In this document: positions 24,450 to 34,200 of the stretch, piece after piece
How the letters are laid out: each line of letters opens with the position of its first letter
Position numbering within the stretch: the stretch's first letter is position 1
Source of the DNA: Acidobacteriota bacterium
GTDB lineage: Bacteria; Acidobacteriota; Thermoanaerobaculia; Multivoradales; JBCCEF01
Assembly (NCBI GenBank): GCA_039028635.1
Contig: JBCCHV010000009.1
Span: forward strand, 15,446-79,445
Reading direction: 5' to 3'
Length of the DNA stretch: 64,000 bases
The notes under the pieces: generated by a model
What the model saw: the letters and a program-made list of their open reading frames with translations, nothing else
What the model was told of the DNA's origin: nothing
Databases searched by the model: none
Made by a program: the position numbers and the translations under genes

Positions 24450-25186
24450 ACGCCATCGTCGCCACCTTCCTGCGCGAGCTCAAGGCCTACTTCTTTTCGC
24501 CGCTGGCCTACGTCGTCCTGTTCTTCTTCCTGGTGGTCAACGGTGCCGTCTTCGCCCTCATCGTCAACTACCTCAACAATCCCCTGGCGGAGGCCGGCCG
24601 GCCCTTCGACATCTTCTTCGGCGGCAGCATTTTCTTCTGGCTGATTCTGCTTTTCGCCACGCCGGTGCTCACCATGCGCTTGATCGCCGAGGAGCGTAAA
24701 TCGGGCTCGATCGAGGTGCTGATGACCGCTCCGGTGACCGAAGATCAGGTGGTGATCGGCAAGTATTTGGCGGCCTTCGCCTTCTACTGCTTCCTGTGGC
24801 TGCCGACGGTGCTCTACGCGGTGATCGTCGACCGCGCCAGCGACATCGATTGGGGCACCATCGCCAGCGGCTACCTCGGGATCGCCCTGATCGGTGGCTT
24901 CTTCCTCGCCCTCGGCGTGCTCGGCTCGGCGATGAGCCGCAACCAGATCGTCGCCGCCATCATCAGCTTCGCGCTCTCGCTGCTGGTTTTCGTCCTGGTG
25001 TTTCTGCCCGGGCTGGTCAACGACCCGGGCCTGCAGCAGCTCTTCTCCTATGTCAGCGTCGTCGAGCACATGGACGAGTTCGCCCGCGGCATCGTCGACA
25101 CCCGGCGCCTGGTCTTCTACCTCAGCACCACCGTCTTCCTGCTCTACCTGGCGAGCCGGACCCTCGAAGAGAAGAAGTGGAGGTGA
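24446..25186 (+). CDS. ABC-2 type permease (GldF-like)
   Basis: GTG start overlaps the upstream TGA (GTGA). Six hydrophobic helices and an ERKSGSIEVLMTAP motif typical of ABC-2 permeases. Confidence 0.85.
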   Translation: MNAIVATFLRELKAYFFSPLAYVVLFFFLVVNGAVFALIVNYLNNPLAEAGRPFDIFFGGSIFFWLILLFATPVLTMRLIAEERKSGSIEVLMTAPVTEDQVVIGKYLAAFAFYCFLWLPTVLYAVIVDRASDIDWGTIASGYLGIALIGGFFLALGVLGSAMSRNQIVAAIISFALSLLVFVLVFLPGLVNDPGLQQLFSYVSVVEHMDEFARGIVDTRRLVFYLSTTVFLLYLASRTLEEKKWR

Positions 25187-25190
25187 TGGC

Positions 25191-26723
25191 GTGACGACTC
25201 GAGACTCCAAGGGCACGATCTTCAAGACCGGAATGCAGTCGGCGTCGCTGCTTCTGCTGGTGGCGCTGCTCGCCATCGTCAACTACTTCGGCTGGAAGTA
25301 CCACCAGCGGTTCGACTGGACCGCCACCGAGATCTACAGCCTGTCGGACAAGACCAAGAACGTCCTCGCCAACCTCGAGCAGGACGTCGAGGCGGTGGTG
25401 TTCTTGAACCCCGTCGATCCCCTGTTCGACTCCGTCGAGGAGCTGTTGGCGCGCTACGAGGCGGCGAGCTCGCGCTTCTCCGTGCGCACCGTCGACGCGG
25501 CGCGGAATCCCCTCGAGGCGCAGACCCTGGCCGAGCGCTTCGACCTGCAGAGCGACGCCATCGTCTTGGTGCGCGGTGACGACCGCAAGATCGTGCTGCG
25601 CGACGACCTCGCCGAGTACGACTACTCCGGGGTGCAGATGGGGCGCACTGCCGAGATCTCCGCCTTCAAGGGCGAGCAGCGCTTCACCAGCGCCCTGATC
25701 GACCTCGAAGAGCAGGTCAGCCCGAAGGTCCTGTTCACCACCGGTCACGGCGAGATCGTCGGCGGCGAGATCGCCGGGGGCGGCCTGTCGGCCTTGCGCC
25801 GACTGCTCCAGGACGACAACTTCGAAATCGAGGAGTGGGCCTCGCTCGGGCAGGAGACCGTCCCGGAGGGTACCGATCTGCTGGTGATCGCCGGGCCGAC
25901 CTCCGGCTTCATTCCGCCGGAAACGGCGATGTTCTCAAGCTATCTCGAGGCCGGCGGCCGCATTCTGCTGCTGCTCGATCCGGTCCTGTCGCCCACCGGC
26001 AGCGGTGAGCTGCTCGACATCGGCCTCGAAGAATGGCTCGCCGGTTGGAGCGTCGAGGTGGGGCGCAACGCGGTGGTCGATCCGGCGGCGGCGCTGCCCT
26101 TCTATGGCGCCGAGACTCTATTCGTCGCCGACTACGGCACCCACCCGCTGACCCGCTCGGTGCAGGACGGTGGTCTGGCGGTGCTGGTCAGCATGGCGCG
26201 CTCCGTGGGCGCCGGCGAGAGCCAGGAAGGGCTGCGGGTCACCCAGCTCCTCGAGACCTCCCGTGAAGGCTGGGGGGAGACCGACCTGCTCAACGTCGAG
26301 AAGGGTGCCGGCGACCTCGCCGGACCGGTGCCCTTGGGGGTGGTGGTCGAGATCGAGGCGGACGACAGCCCCGCCGACAGCGGGCTCGATGCCGGCGGTG
26401 AGGCGGTGACCGGTGATGGCGAGGGCGACGAGCTCGCGGCGGCTGCGGCGAGCGGTGGCCGGCTGGTGGTGTTCGGGGACTCGGACTTCGTCGGCGATGG
26501 CCTGCTGCAGGCGCGCGACGCCAACGTCGTGCTCCTCATCGACACCCTCAACTGGCTGGTCGAGCGCGAGACGCTGCTCGGAATTCCCCCCAAGGAGCCG
26601 GAGCGGGTGCGCCTTTCGATGACCGGCTCCCAGCTCGCCTGGACCAACGCCCTCGCCCTGCTGGTGCTGCCCGGGCTGGGCATCATCTTCGGGGTGCTGG
26701 TCTACCGGCGTCGGCGGAGGTAG
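25191..26723 (+). CDS. GldG-like ABC-transporter auxiliary protein
   Basis: Inside ORF 25050..26723. Start is GTG 25191 (or ATG 25233). N- and C-terminal TM anchors flank a large extracytoplasmic domain, and the gene order A-F-G is conserved. Confidence 0.75.
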   Translation: MTTRDSKGTIFKTGMQSASLLLLVALLAIVNYFGWKYHQRFDWTATEIYSLSDKTKNVLANLEQDVEAVVFLNPVDPLFDSVEELLARYEAASSRFSVRTVDAARNPLEAQTLAERFDLQSDAIVLVRGDDRKIVLRDDLAEYDYSGVQMGRTAEISAFKGEQRFTSALIDLEEQVSPKVLFTTGHGEIVGGEIAGGGLSALRRLLQDDNFEIEEWASLGQETVPEGTDLLVIAGPTSGFIPPETAMFSSYLEAGGRILLLLDPVLSPTGSGELLDIGLEEWLAGWSVEVGRNAVVDPAAALPFYGAETLFVADYGTHPLTRSVQDGGLAVLVSMARSVGAGESQEGLRVTQLLETSREGWGETDLLNVEKGAGDLAGPVPLGVVVEIEADDSPADSGLDAGGEAVTGDGEGDELAAAAASGGRLVVFGDSDFVGDGLLQARDANVVLLIDTLNWLVERETLLGIPPKEPERVRLSMTGSQLAWTNALALLVLPGLGIIFGVLVYRRRRR

Positions 26724-26726
26724 GCC

Positions 26727-28154
26727 ATGAAGCCGCGCAATCTGCTGATTCTGTTCCTGCTGGTCGCCGGCCTCGGGGCCTACATTTACTTCGTCGAGCG
26801 CGATCTGCCGTCGAGCGAGGAGCGCGCCACCCGCAGCAAGCAGCTCTTCGCCGGTCTCGAAAGCGACGATCTGGTCGGCGTAACCCTCGAGTCCGAAGGG
26901 CAGTCGGTTCGCCTGGAGCGCCAGGGTGAAGGGGACGACGCCGAATGGACCTTGACCGGGCCGGCTGAGATCGCACCGGCGCGGGCCGACGCTAGCGCTG
27001 TCGATAGCCTGGTCGATGCCCTGGGAGAGCTCGCCTGGAGCCGCCGGCTGGAAGACGGCGACCGCGCCGCCACCGGCCTCGATGCGCCGCGCGCCCGGGC
27101 CGTTCTGGCCTATGCCGACGGTGGCGAGAAGACCCTCGAGATCGGTGCCGAAGTGCCGGCGTCGACTCAAGTGCTCGCGGCGCTGGCGGGGGACGACACC
27201 CTGTACGTCATCCCGGGCACGGTCGTCGCCCAGCTCCAGCGGCCCGCCGGCAACTGGCGCGACCGGCAGCTCTTCCGCGGTGATCGGGACGACATCCACG
27301 GTCTCACCCTGACCTCTTCCGAAGGCTCCGAGGTGGCCCTGAGCCGTCGGGGCGAGCGCTTTTGGCTCGATCGGCCGGTCCAGGACCGCGCTGATCGCGA
27401 GCGTCTCGACAGCCTGCTCTCGGACCTCACCTTGCTCACCGTCGAGCGCTTCATCGACACGCCGGCGGCGAGCGCGGCGCCGCATGAGGAGGGTGGCGAG
27501 AATCCCCGAGGTCTGGAACCATCGCGCGGCAGCGTCGTTCTCACGGACGAGGCCGGCGATGAGCTGCTGCGATTGGCCATCGGTGCCGAGTCCGGTGGCA
27601 GCCGCGCTGCTTCCGGTAGCGATGGCCTCGCCGCGGACGGCACCATCAGTCACTACGCCCGCCTCGGCGAGCGCACCCTCGTCATCCGCAGCAGCCTGCC
27701 GTCGCTCCTGGGTGGGACTGCCGACAGCTGGCAAGACCACCATCTCACCGGCTGGCGCTCCTTCCAGATCGACCGTGCCACCTTCACCGACGCCGGTGGC
27801 GAAACCGTCCTCGAACGATCCGATACAGACTGGCTGCGCAATGGCGAACGCCTCTCCTACACCCCGGTGAGCGAGCTTCTGGCGGCCGTCACCGAGGCCC
27901 AGGCCGAGCGCGTGCTCGATAGCCCCGCCCCAACCGGCGAGCCGCGCCTCACCATTGCCTTCGCCGGCGAAGACGGCGAGCAGAGCCTCGCCCTCTATGG
28001 CGGGGGCGGTGCTCTCCAGGCCAGCGCCGGTGATCGCACCGTGGTCCTCGAGCTCGCCGAATCGGTCGCACAGGGCATCTTCGATCGCCTGGAAGAAGTG
28101 CGGGCAGCGGAGCCGGTGGTGGAAGAGGAAGAGACCAAGGACAGCGCTGGCTGA
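26727..28154 (+). CDS. DUF4340-like membrane-anchored protein
   Basis: MKPRNLLILFLLVAGLGAYIYFVERD N-terminal anchor. Its position after the gldG-like gene is the usual context for this family. Confidence 0.7.
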   Translation: MKPRNLLILFLLVAGLGAYIYFVERDLPSSEERATRSKQLFAGLESDDLVGVTLESEGQSVRLERQGEGDDAEWTLTGPAEIAPARADASAVDSLVDALGELAWSRRLEDGDRAATGLDAPRARAVLAYADGGEKTLEIGAEVPASTQVLAALAGDDTLYVIPGTVVAQLQRPAGNWRDRQLFRGDRDDIHGLTLTSSEGSEVALSRRGERFWLDRPVQDRADRERLDSLLSDLTLLTVERFIDTPAASAAPHEEGGENPRGLEPSRGSVVLTDEAGDELLRLAIGAESGGSRAASGSDGLAADGTISHYARLGERTLVIRSSLPSLLGGTADSWQDHHLTGWRSFQIDRATFTDAGGETVLERSDTDWLRNGERLSYTPVSELLAAVTEAQAERVLDSPAPTGEPRLTIAFAGEDGEQSLALYGGGGALQASAGDRTVVLELAESVAQGIFDRLEEVRAAEPVVEEEETKDSAG

Positions 28155-28228
28155 AGGAGGCAGCTCGAGCTCAGCGTCGAGTCTCGGAGACTGGGGCTTG
28201 TGGAAACGTTGGCAATCCTCAGGTTGAG

Positions 28229-28423
28229 ATGAATGGCAAGGACTATTCCGGCATGAAGTGGGTTGACCTCGTCCAGGCTCTGGCCGATTGGATGGCGCGT
28301 TGGCGGGATGACGACGTGACGGAGCGGCTCGATCGAGTGTATGCAGAGGAGTCGTCGAGCCTCGATCTGGTGGTTGAGGAGCTGCAAGGATTCTCCGTAG
28401 GAAGGGACGATCACAGGCCGTGA
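28229..28423 (+). CDS. Small hypothetical ORF in a lower-GC patch (weak call)
   Basis: 64-aa ORF MNGKDYSGMKWVDLVQALADWMARWRDDD...LDLVVEELQ with no recognisable domain. The composition differs visibly from the flanks. Confidence 0.25.
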   Translation: MNGKDYSGMKWVDLVQALADWMARWRDDDVTERLDRVYAEESSSLDLVVEELQGFSVGRDDHRP

Positions 28424-28500
28424 TCCTGCGACTGGCCCTAGCCTGACCTTCTCTTCTCCGTCTCTCGGCAGCTATCTGGCGCGGACCCTTTCAGGCTGCT

Positions 28501-28540
28501 GAAAAAGTCCGCTCTGCGACTTTTCCAGCGCTGCTAGACA
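28501..28540. repeat. Second copy of the GCGACTTYTCC...GCTGCTAGA hairpin element
   Basis: gaaaaagtccgctctgcgacttttccagcgctgctaga resembles ggagaagtcgctacgcgacttctcctatggctgctaga at 12152-12189. Confidence 0.5.
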
Positions 28541-28723
28541 TTTTCTTCGAGAGGGGCTACGCGCCCCTGACTGCGCGTCCCGGGCTGAGCGCCCCTCACC
28601 GGCTCAAGAAGCGTGGTTCTTGGGCCTCCTCTCCCGTCGCGGCGGCTGCGCCACCGCTGGGCCGGGGGCGCCCAGCCCTTCCGGGCCCGGGAGCAGGTTG
28701 CCAATGAGTTTTTCAGCAACCTG

Positions 28724-31042
28724 CTATTCGGCTTCGGTTGGGGGTCGTGCGCCCTCGACGCGCTCTGCCAGCCGGCTCCGCGCCTCATTCCAGCGCAGGA
28801 TGTTGGCTTCGAGACCGATGCAGTAGTAGCGCAGCTCGAAGCACTCGCCGAAGGCTTGGGCGCGTCGTGCGACGAGGTCTTCGAAGAGCTGGGTGGCCTC
28901 GGCGGATTGGCCGATGGCTTGGTGGGAGCGCGCCAGGCCCTCGATGGCCTGGAGATTTTCGGCCCGTTCGAGGGCGCCTCGGAAGCGGGCGATGGCTTCG
29001 AGGTGCCGGCCCTGGGCGGCGAGGACTTCCCCGGCGAGGGCTTCGATCAGGGCGAGGTGGGTGGGCGCGCCACCCTGGCTGAGCTCGCCGGCCCTGGCGA
29101 GGAGGTCGCGGGCGACTGCGAGCTCACCGCCGCGGGCCGCGAGGGTGCCGAGTACCACCATCATCGGCACCGGGGAGTTGCCGAGCTCGGCGATCTCGTC
29201 GGCATGCTGCAACACGGTCTGGGCGTTGGCCGTGATCTGGGCCCCATCGACCTCGCCGGCGAGATGCTGGACCTGGGCACGAGCCACCAGGCCGTGCATT
29301 TGGGAGTAGCTTCCCGGCCGCGGCGGCTGAACTTCTTCGAGAGCTTCAAGGGCTTCCGGGATGCGGCCTTGGTCGAGGTGGTAGAAGAACCAGCCCCAGG
29401 CGCGATCCTCGCCATGCCAGAGCTCGGGCCTCTCGAGCAGCTCCACCGCCTGGCTCTGGCGTTCGGCGGCGAGCTGGATGAGGACTTGGTAGCCGGTGAG
29501 GCCGCGACTGGGTGGGTCCGATTGGGGTCCCAACAGGGTGAGCGCTCGGTCGACATTTCCCAATCGAAGCTCGAAAAGGGCGGGCCGGAGGTTGAAGGCC
29601 GGGCCGAGACGACTGGCGGCGCGACCCATGGTGGCGGCGGCGAGCTCGGCGTTGCCGCCATAGGTTCCGTGAGTCAATCCGAGGTTGTACTCCCCGACGG
29701 CGTTCTCTGGAAAAAGCTTGGCCAGGAGATCCCAGAGCCGCACCGACTCGGCGTAGTCGAAGTCGACCATGGCGAGCCAGGCGCGGCCGTAGAGCTGCTC
29801 GAAGAGCGGCAGCCGGTCGGCCGAGGCGAGAGCGCGCTCGATCTCTGGGCGGCCCTCCGGTCGCTCCGCCGAGAGGTAGCCGAGGCCGAGGGCGATGCGG
29901 GCCATGGCGAAATCCGGGTCGATTTCGAGGGCGCTCTGGTAGTGGGTGGCCGCTTCCTCGAAGTGCCCTCGTCCCCAGACCTCCCGGCCCAGGGTGTAGG
30001 CCTCGAGGGCGGCGAGGTGGGGGGTGGTGACGCGCTCGAGCGGTGGTGATTGCTTGGTCGGACTCTCGCCGAGGTCGCGGCGAATCTGGCAGATCAGCTC
30101 GTCGAGGGTCGGCAGCAGCTCGGCCTCGCTGCTGGCACGGGCTTCGGTGGTTGCCAGGGTTTGGTCCGTCTGGGGGTCGACCACCACCGCACTCAGGCTG
30201 AACACGCCGCCGATGAGGGCCGACTGACCGAGGATCAGGTAGTCGGCACCTTCGCGGCGGCTGAGCTCGAGGCCGACCTGGCGATCGATGATGGTGTCCG
30301 TCGGGCGCTCCATGCGCGCCAGGGCGCCGCGCAGGCGGCTGTCGGGAATGACCCCGAGGTGGTGGGACTGCTCGAGGCCAATGCGGAAAACCGTGGCGAG
30401 AGAGTCGAGTCGGTCCTGCGCCGTGAGGTTTTCGAAGGCGGCGATGACGGCGAAGTCTGGCCCGGCCACGGGGATATCGAGCTCGACAACGGCGGGAAGG
30501 GTGCTCGCCGTGTCGGTCCAGTGGTTCTGAGCTTGCTCCGGTTGCCGGGCGGCGAGGCTGCCGAGGAGGACCAGGGCGAGGACACCGGCGAGACCGCCGA
30601 GCCATGCGATGCGCCGACGGTGGTCAGGGTTGGCGGCGGTGGGTGGGGCGAGATCGCCGGCCGAGGGAGTGGCCTGCGAGACCGGCGCGATCAGGCGGTA
30701 GCCGCGCCGATGCAGAGTCTCGATGTAGCGCGGCTGCTGCGGGTCATCGCCGAAGGCCTTGCGCAGGCCGGCAATGCAGCGCACCAGCGCCTTGTCCCCC
30801 ACGACGGCGTCGGTCCAGACGTTGTCGAACAGCTCCTCTTTGGACACCAGGGCTCCGTCTCGCTGCGCCAGGTGGAGGAGGACCGCCATGTGCTTGGGCT
30901 CGAGTCGCACGGTGTGATCCCCGTGGCGCAGCTCTCCGCTGCTCGGGTCGACCGTCCACTCGCCGATGCGCAGGCTGGGAGGGGACTCTTCTGAGGCTCC
31001 GATCGGGTCTGCCATTTCGGCTGGATTATAGGGTTTCCCCAT
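28724..31042 (-). CDS. Membrane-bound winged-helix (OmpR/PhoB-type, CadC/ToxR-like) transcriptional regulator with a periplasmic TolB-N-like region plus TPR sensor region
   Basis: The N-terminus EWTVDPSSGELRHGDHTVRLEPKHMAVLLHLAQRDGALVSKEELFDNVW...ETLHRRGYRL is a trans_reg_C domain. A single TM (IAWLGGLAGVLALVLLGSLAA) follows, then long TPR-like repeats. Confidence 0.85.
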   Translation of the reverse strand: MGKPYNPAEMADPIGASEESPPSLRIGEWTVDPSSGELRHGDHTVRLEPKHMAVLLHLAQRDGALVSKEELFDNVWTDAVVGDKALVRCIAGLRKAFGDDPQQPRYIETLHRRGYRLIAPVSQATPSAGDLAPPTAANPDHRRRIAWLGGLAGVLALVLLGSLAARQPEQAQNHWTDTASTLPAVVELDIPVAGPDFAVIAAFENLTAQDRLDSLATVFRIGLEQSHHLGVIPDSRLRGALARMERPTDTIIDRQVGLELSRREGADYLILGQSALIGGVFSLSAVVVDPQTDQTLATTEARASSEAELLPTLDELICQIRRDLGESPTKQSPPLERVTTPHLAALEAYTLGREVWGRGHFEEAATHYQSALEIDPDFAMARIALGLGYLSAERPEGRPEIERALASADRLPLFEQLYGRAWLAMVDFDYAESVRLWDLLAKLFPENAVGEYNLGLTHGTYGGNAELAAATMGRAASRLGPAFNLRPALFELRLGNVDRALTLLGPQSDPPSRGLTGYQVLIQLAAERQSQAVELLERPELWHGEDRAWGWFFYHLDQGRIPEALEALEEVQPPRPGSYSQMHGLVARAQVQHLAGEVDGAQITANAQTVLQHADEIAELGNSPVPMMVVLGTLAARGGELAVARDLLARAGELSQGGAPTHLALIEALAGEVLAAQGRHLEAIARFRGALERAENLQAIEGLARSHQAIGQSAEATQLFEDLVARRAQAFGECFELRYYCIGLEANILRWNEARSRLAERVEGARPPTEAE

Positions 31043-31068
31043 ATTGACTCCCCTTGAATCGCAACTTC

Positions 31069-31097
31069 ATCGCCAAAAAATCGCCATCCCATGGCGA
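31069..31097. promoter_or_regulatory. Candidate operator: ATCGCCA direct repeat (11-bp register) plus an overlapping TCGCCAT-ccc-ATGGCGA inverted repeat
   Basis: ATCGCCA lies at 31069-31075 and 31080-31086. ATGGCGA at 31091-31097 is the complement of TCGCCAT at 31081-31087. The site is in the divergent intergenic region. Confidence 0.4.
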
Positions 31098-31264
31098 CTC
31101 CGAGATGGGTGCTTCCTATCGTCTCGCGTCAGGTACCCACACGAAGACGAGGCCGAGTGCCTGCACCGACAGCCGAGGGGCGGCCGGATCAACCCAGGCC
31201 GGAGGCCGAAGTTTCAACGCGGTGCCCGCTCCGATGGAGCGGGCCTCATCTCGGAGAGAGCTAC

Positions 31265-34200
31265 ATGTATCTACTTTCGGCCTTCCGTCTCAAGACGATT
31301 CTCCTCATCGTGATCGCCCTGACCGTGCTCGGGGTCTCGCAGGCTCAGGCGACGCAGCTCGTTCTACGCCAGGGCAGTGAGCGCGTCTACCCGGGGGACG
31401 AGATCGACTTCGGCGACATCGACCCCGGGGAGCAGCGGTCACTCAGTTTCAAGCTCAAGAACAACGGACCCGGAGACATGGTCCTGCCGGACTCGGTGCG
31501 CCTCGAAGGTTCCGAGTTCACCATTCCCAATACTCCCACCGTCGTCCCCCAGGGCCAATCCCGCTGGTTTGCGATCAAGACCACCGGCACCGGCCTCGGT
31601 ATCGCGACCCGGACGGTGACCTTGCACTTCGAGGGCGGGCCCGCAGAGCCCTTCGAGTTTCGGGTTCGCCGAAAAGTGCGCAATCGGATCAAAGTCAAGC
31701 ACCAGGGCCAGCAAATCGGCTACGACGAAGTGATCGACTTCGGCCGGATCGAGCCCGGCGAGCTGAAAGCGCTGTCCTTTGCGCTGCGCAATCGCGGCAG
31801 CGACACCATTCGACTTGGCAACGGCCTGACCCTCGCCGGCGGAGCCTTCGAGCTTCCTCAGAGTCCTCCCTCGGAGGTTCCGCCCGGCGAGGCGGGCTGG
31901 TTCGCGCTGCGCACCACCGGCAGCGGCTTCGGCCTCGCGACCGAGACTGTCACCATCGACTATGCGGACGACGCGGCGGTGCCCTTTCGATTCCGCATTC
32001 GGCGGGTCATCGGTCCTTTGGTCTTGCACAACGCGTGGCTCGAGGACGGCGCGCCCTTTGCCGGTGAGCTACCGGTGGATGCTCGCGACTGGCAGGTGAT
32101 GGCTTGGAACGGGGCCACCTCGACGGAGGTGTTGCAGGGGTCGTTCCGCGAGATCGGCGGAACCCGGCTCTTGATCGACTCGCACTCCTTCACGGCCGCC
32201 GACGAGCGTGAGATGCACCTGCGCTGGCATCGGGTGATCGGTACCCTGACGGAGGCGCAAGGGGGCGCGAGCGTGGTCGCCGGTGTCCTGGCGGAGTGGC
32301 AGGTGGAGGGCGCCGGTTCGATCTGGTTCCTCGAATCGATCGAAACCCACCGAGATCTCGATCTGCTGATTGCAGAAACCGGCCGACTGTTCCAGGCGGC
32401 GGAGTCCCTGCCGAGCTTCCTGGCCGGTTCGATGGACGGCATGCTGGGCGGTCCGCAGAAAACTTCGGGCCTTCCGCCGGCATTTCTCGAGGACGGCTGT
32501 GATGATCCGACGGCGCTCGACTCCTGCGGCGCGACCTTCTGTGATCGATCGGCTCAGGTGGTCGAAGACTTCTTCTTTTTTCTCTCGCGCAACTGCGCCG
32601 TATCGATCGCCGGTGTGCTGGCTTCGTGTCCCTGCGCGCTCGCACCGGATCCCACCCTCTCGTGCATGGTTGGATGCTTTTCTTCGATCGACTCGACTCT
32701 GATGGGCTGCACGCCGATCTCACCAAGTGAGGCGATAGGTCAGCTCAACCAGATCAAGGACGAGGCCGAGTGTTGTTACTGCGACAACTTCCTGCAGTAC
32801 AACAACCTCTGTGGAAGCTGCGAGGGTCAGCCGATTCGCGCTCAGGTCGAGGGGCTCAGCGCCGGCGAGACGGTCGACGTCACCGCGACCTGCCTCGGCG
32901 GCCCGGTACAACATCAGAACACGGTGACCTTCGATGGCTCGGCACCGGTCGAGATTCAGGAGATCGTGGTCTGTTCCGAAGGGTCCTCCTTCGAGGTGAT
33001 GGCCAGCAAGGTCGAGACGCCGGGAATCGTCGATTCGAGGGACCGCGAATGCTCACCGACCAGCGGCTATCACCGCACCTTGACGCCGGGAGGCGAAGGC
33101 TTCACCGCCTCCTTCGAGTGCTCCTGCTCGAACGCCGTCAACTGTCCGCGAACCCGACTCACGGGAACCGTTTCAGGGCTCACCCCGGGCCAGCAGATCC
33201 GCGTCATCGCCAATGTCAGCAGCGAGACCTTCCCGGACTTTTTTGCATCGCGCACTCTCTCGACCAACGGCTCCTTCGCCTTCCATCCGAGCGTGCCGCG
33301 GGGCTCCGTGGTGACCTTCGTACAGGAGACCACCGGCGCCGACTGCACGGTGGAGGGAAAGAACCTGGGGACGCCCCTGGTCGGTCCGGCGGGGAGCTCG
33401 GTGGAGATTGCCGAGGTCGAGTGCAATGGGGTACCGGATCCCTGCCCGATGCGTGCCTCCGGACAGAGCATTGGCTTCACTGCCGCGTTCCGGCGTCTCC
33501 AGGGTGCGACCGGGACCGAAGACTTCGTCGCCAAGCTCGAGAGCTGCGAGGGCGAGCAGCTCGTCGAGGTCAGCGGCCCCGGCTCGTACACCTTTCCGGA
33601 ACCGGTGTCACGTGGCGTGACCTACCGGGTCTCGGCGGTCGCATCGTCGGCCGGCACCATCTGCTCGGTGGCCAATGGCTCGGGCACGGTGAAAGATCAG
33701 GACATCGACGACATCGAGGTGTTTTGCCTGCTGCCGGGACGAGATGCCTGCCTGGTCTCGCCGCAGTTGTGCCGGGAGGAGCGTCCCGGGCCGACCTGTG
33801 AGCTGCAGGGCTTTCGCTTCGAGGAGGCAACGGTGTTCTCGACCGGCTCCGCCGGTGAAGTCATCGGAAGTCACACCACGATCTATCTGATCTACGAGGT
33901 CTATTGCTCCGTGGGTCGATCGCAGGGACCGTCCACGTATCACCAGGGTCCCATCGTCTACTTGAGAACCAACTTGCAGGATTCGGTGGCTGGCGACTTG
34001 GTGATCCGAGGCGTGGCCCGCGACGACCGGAACGGTATCGCCGGGGTCGAAACCTACATCGACGGCCAGCGGGTCCAGCTCGAGGGCTTTGCCACCCATC
34101 AGCCGGACGCCTGGACCTGCGCTGAGGTTCCGGGGGCGCGCTGCGATGGCGATAGTGCCTTCTCGGGGCGTCTCGATCCAGCGGACCTCGGCCTCGCTCC

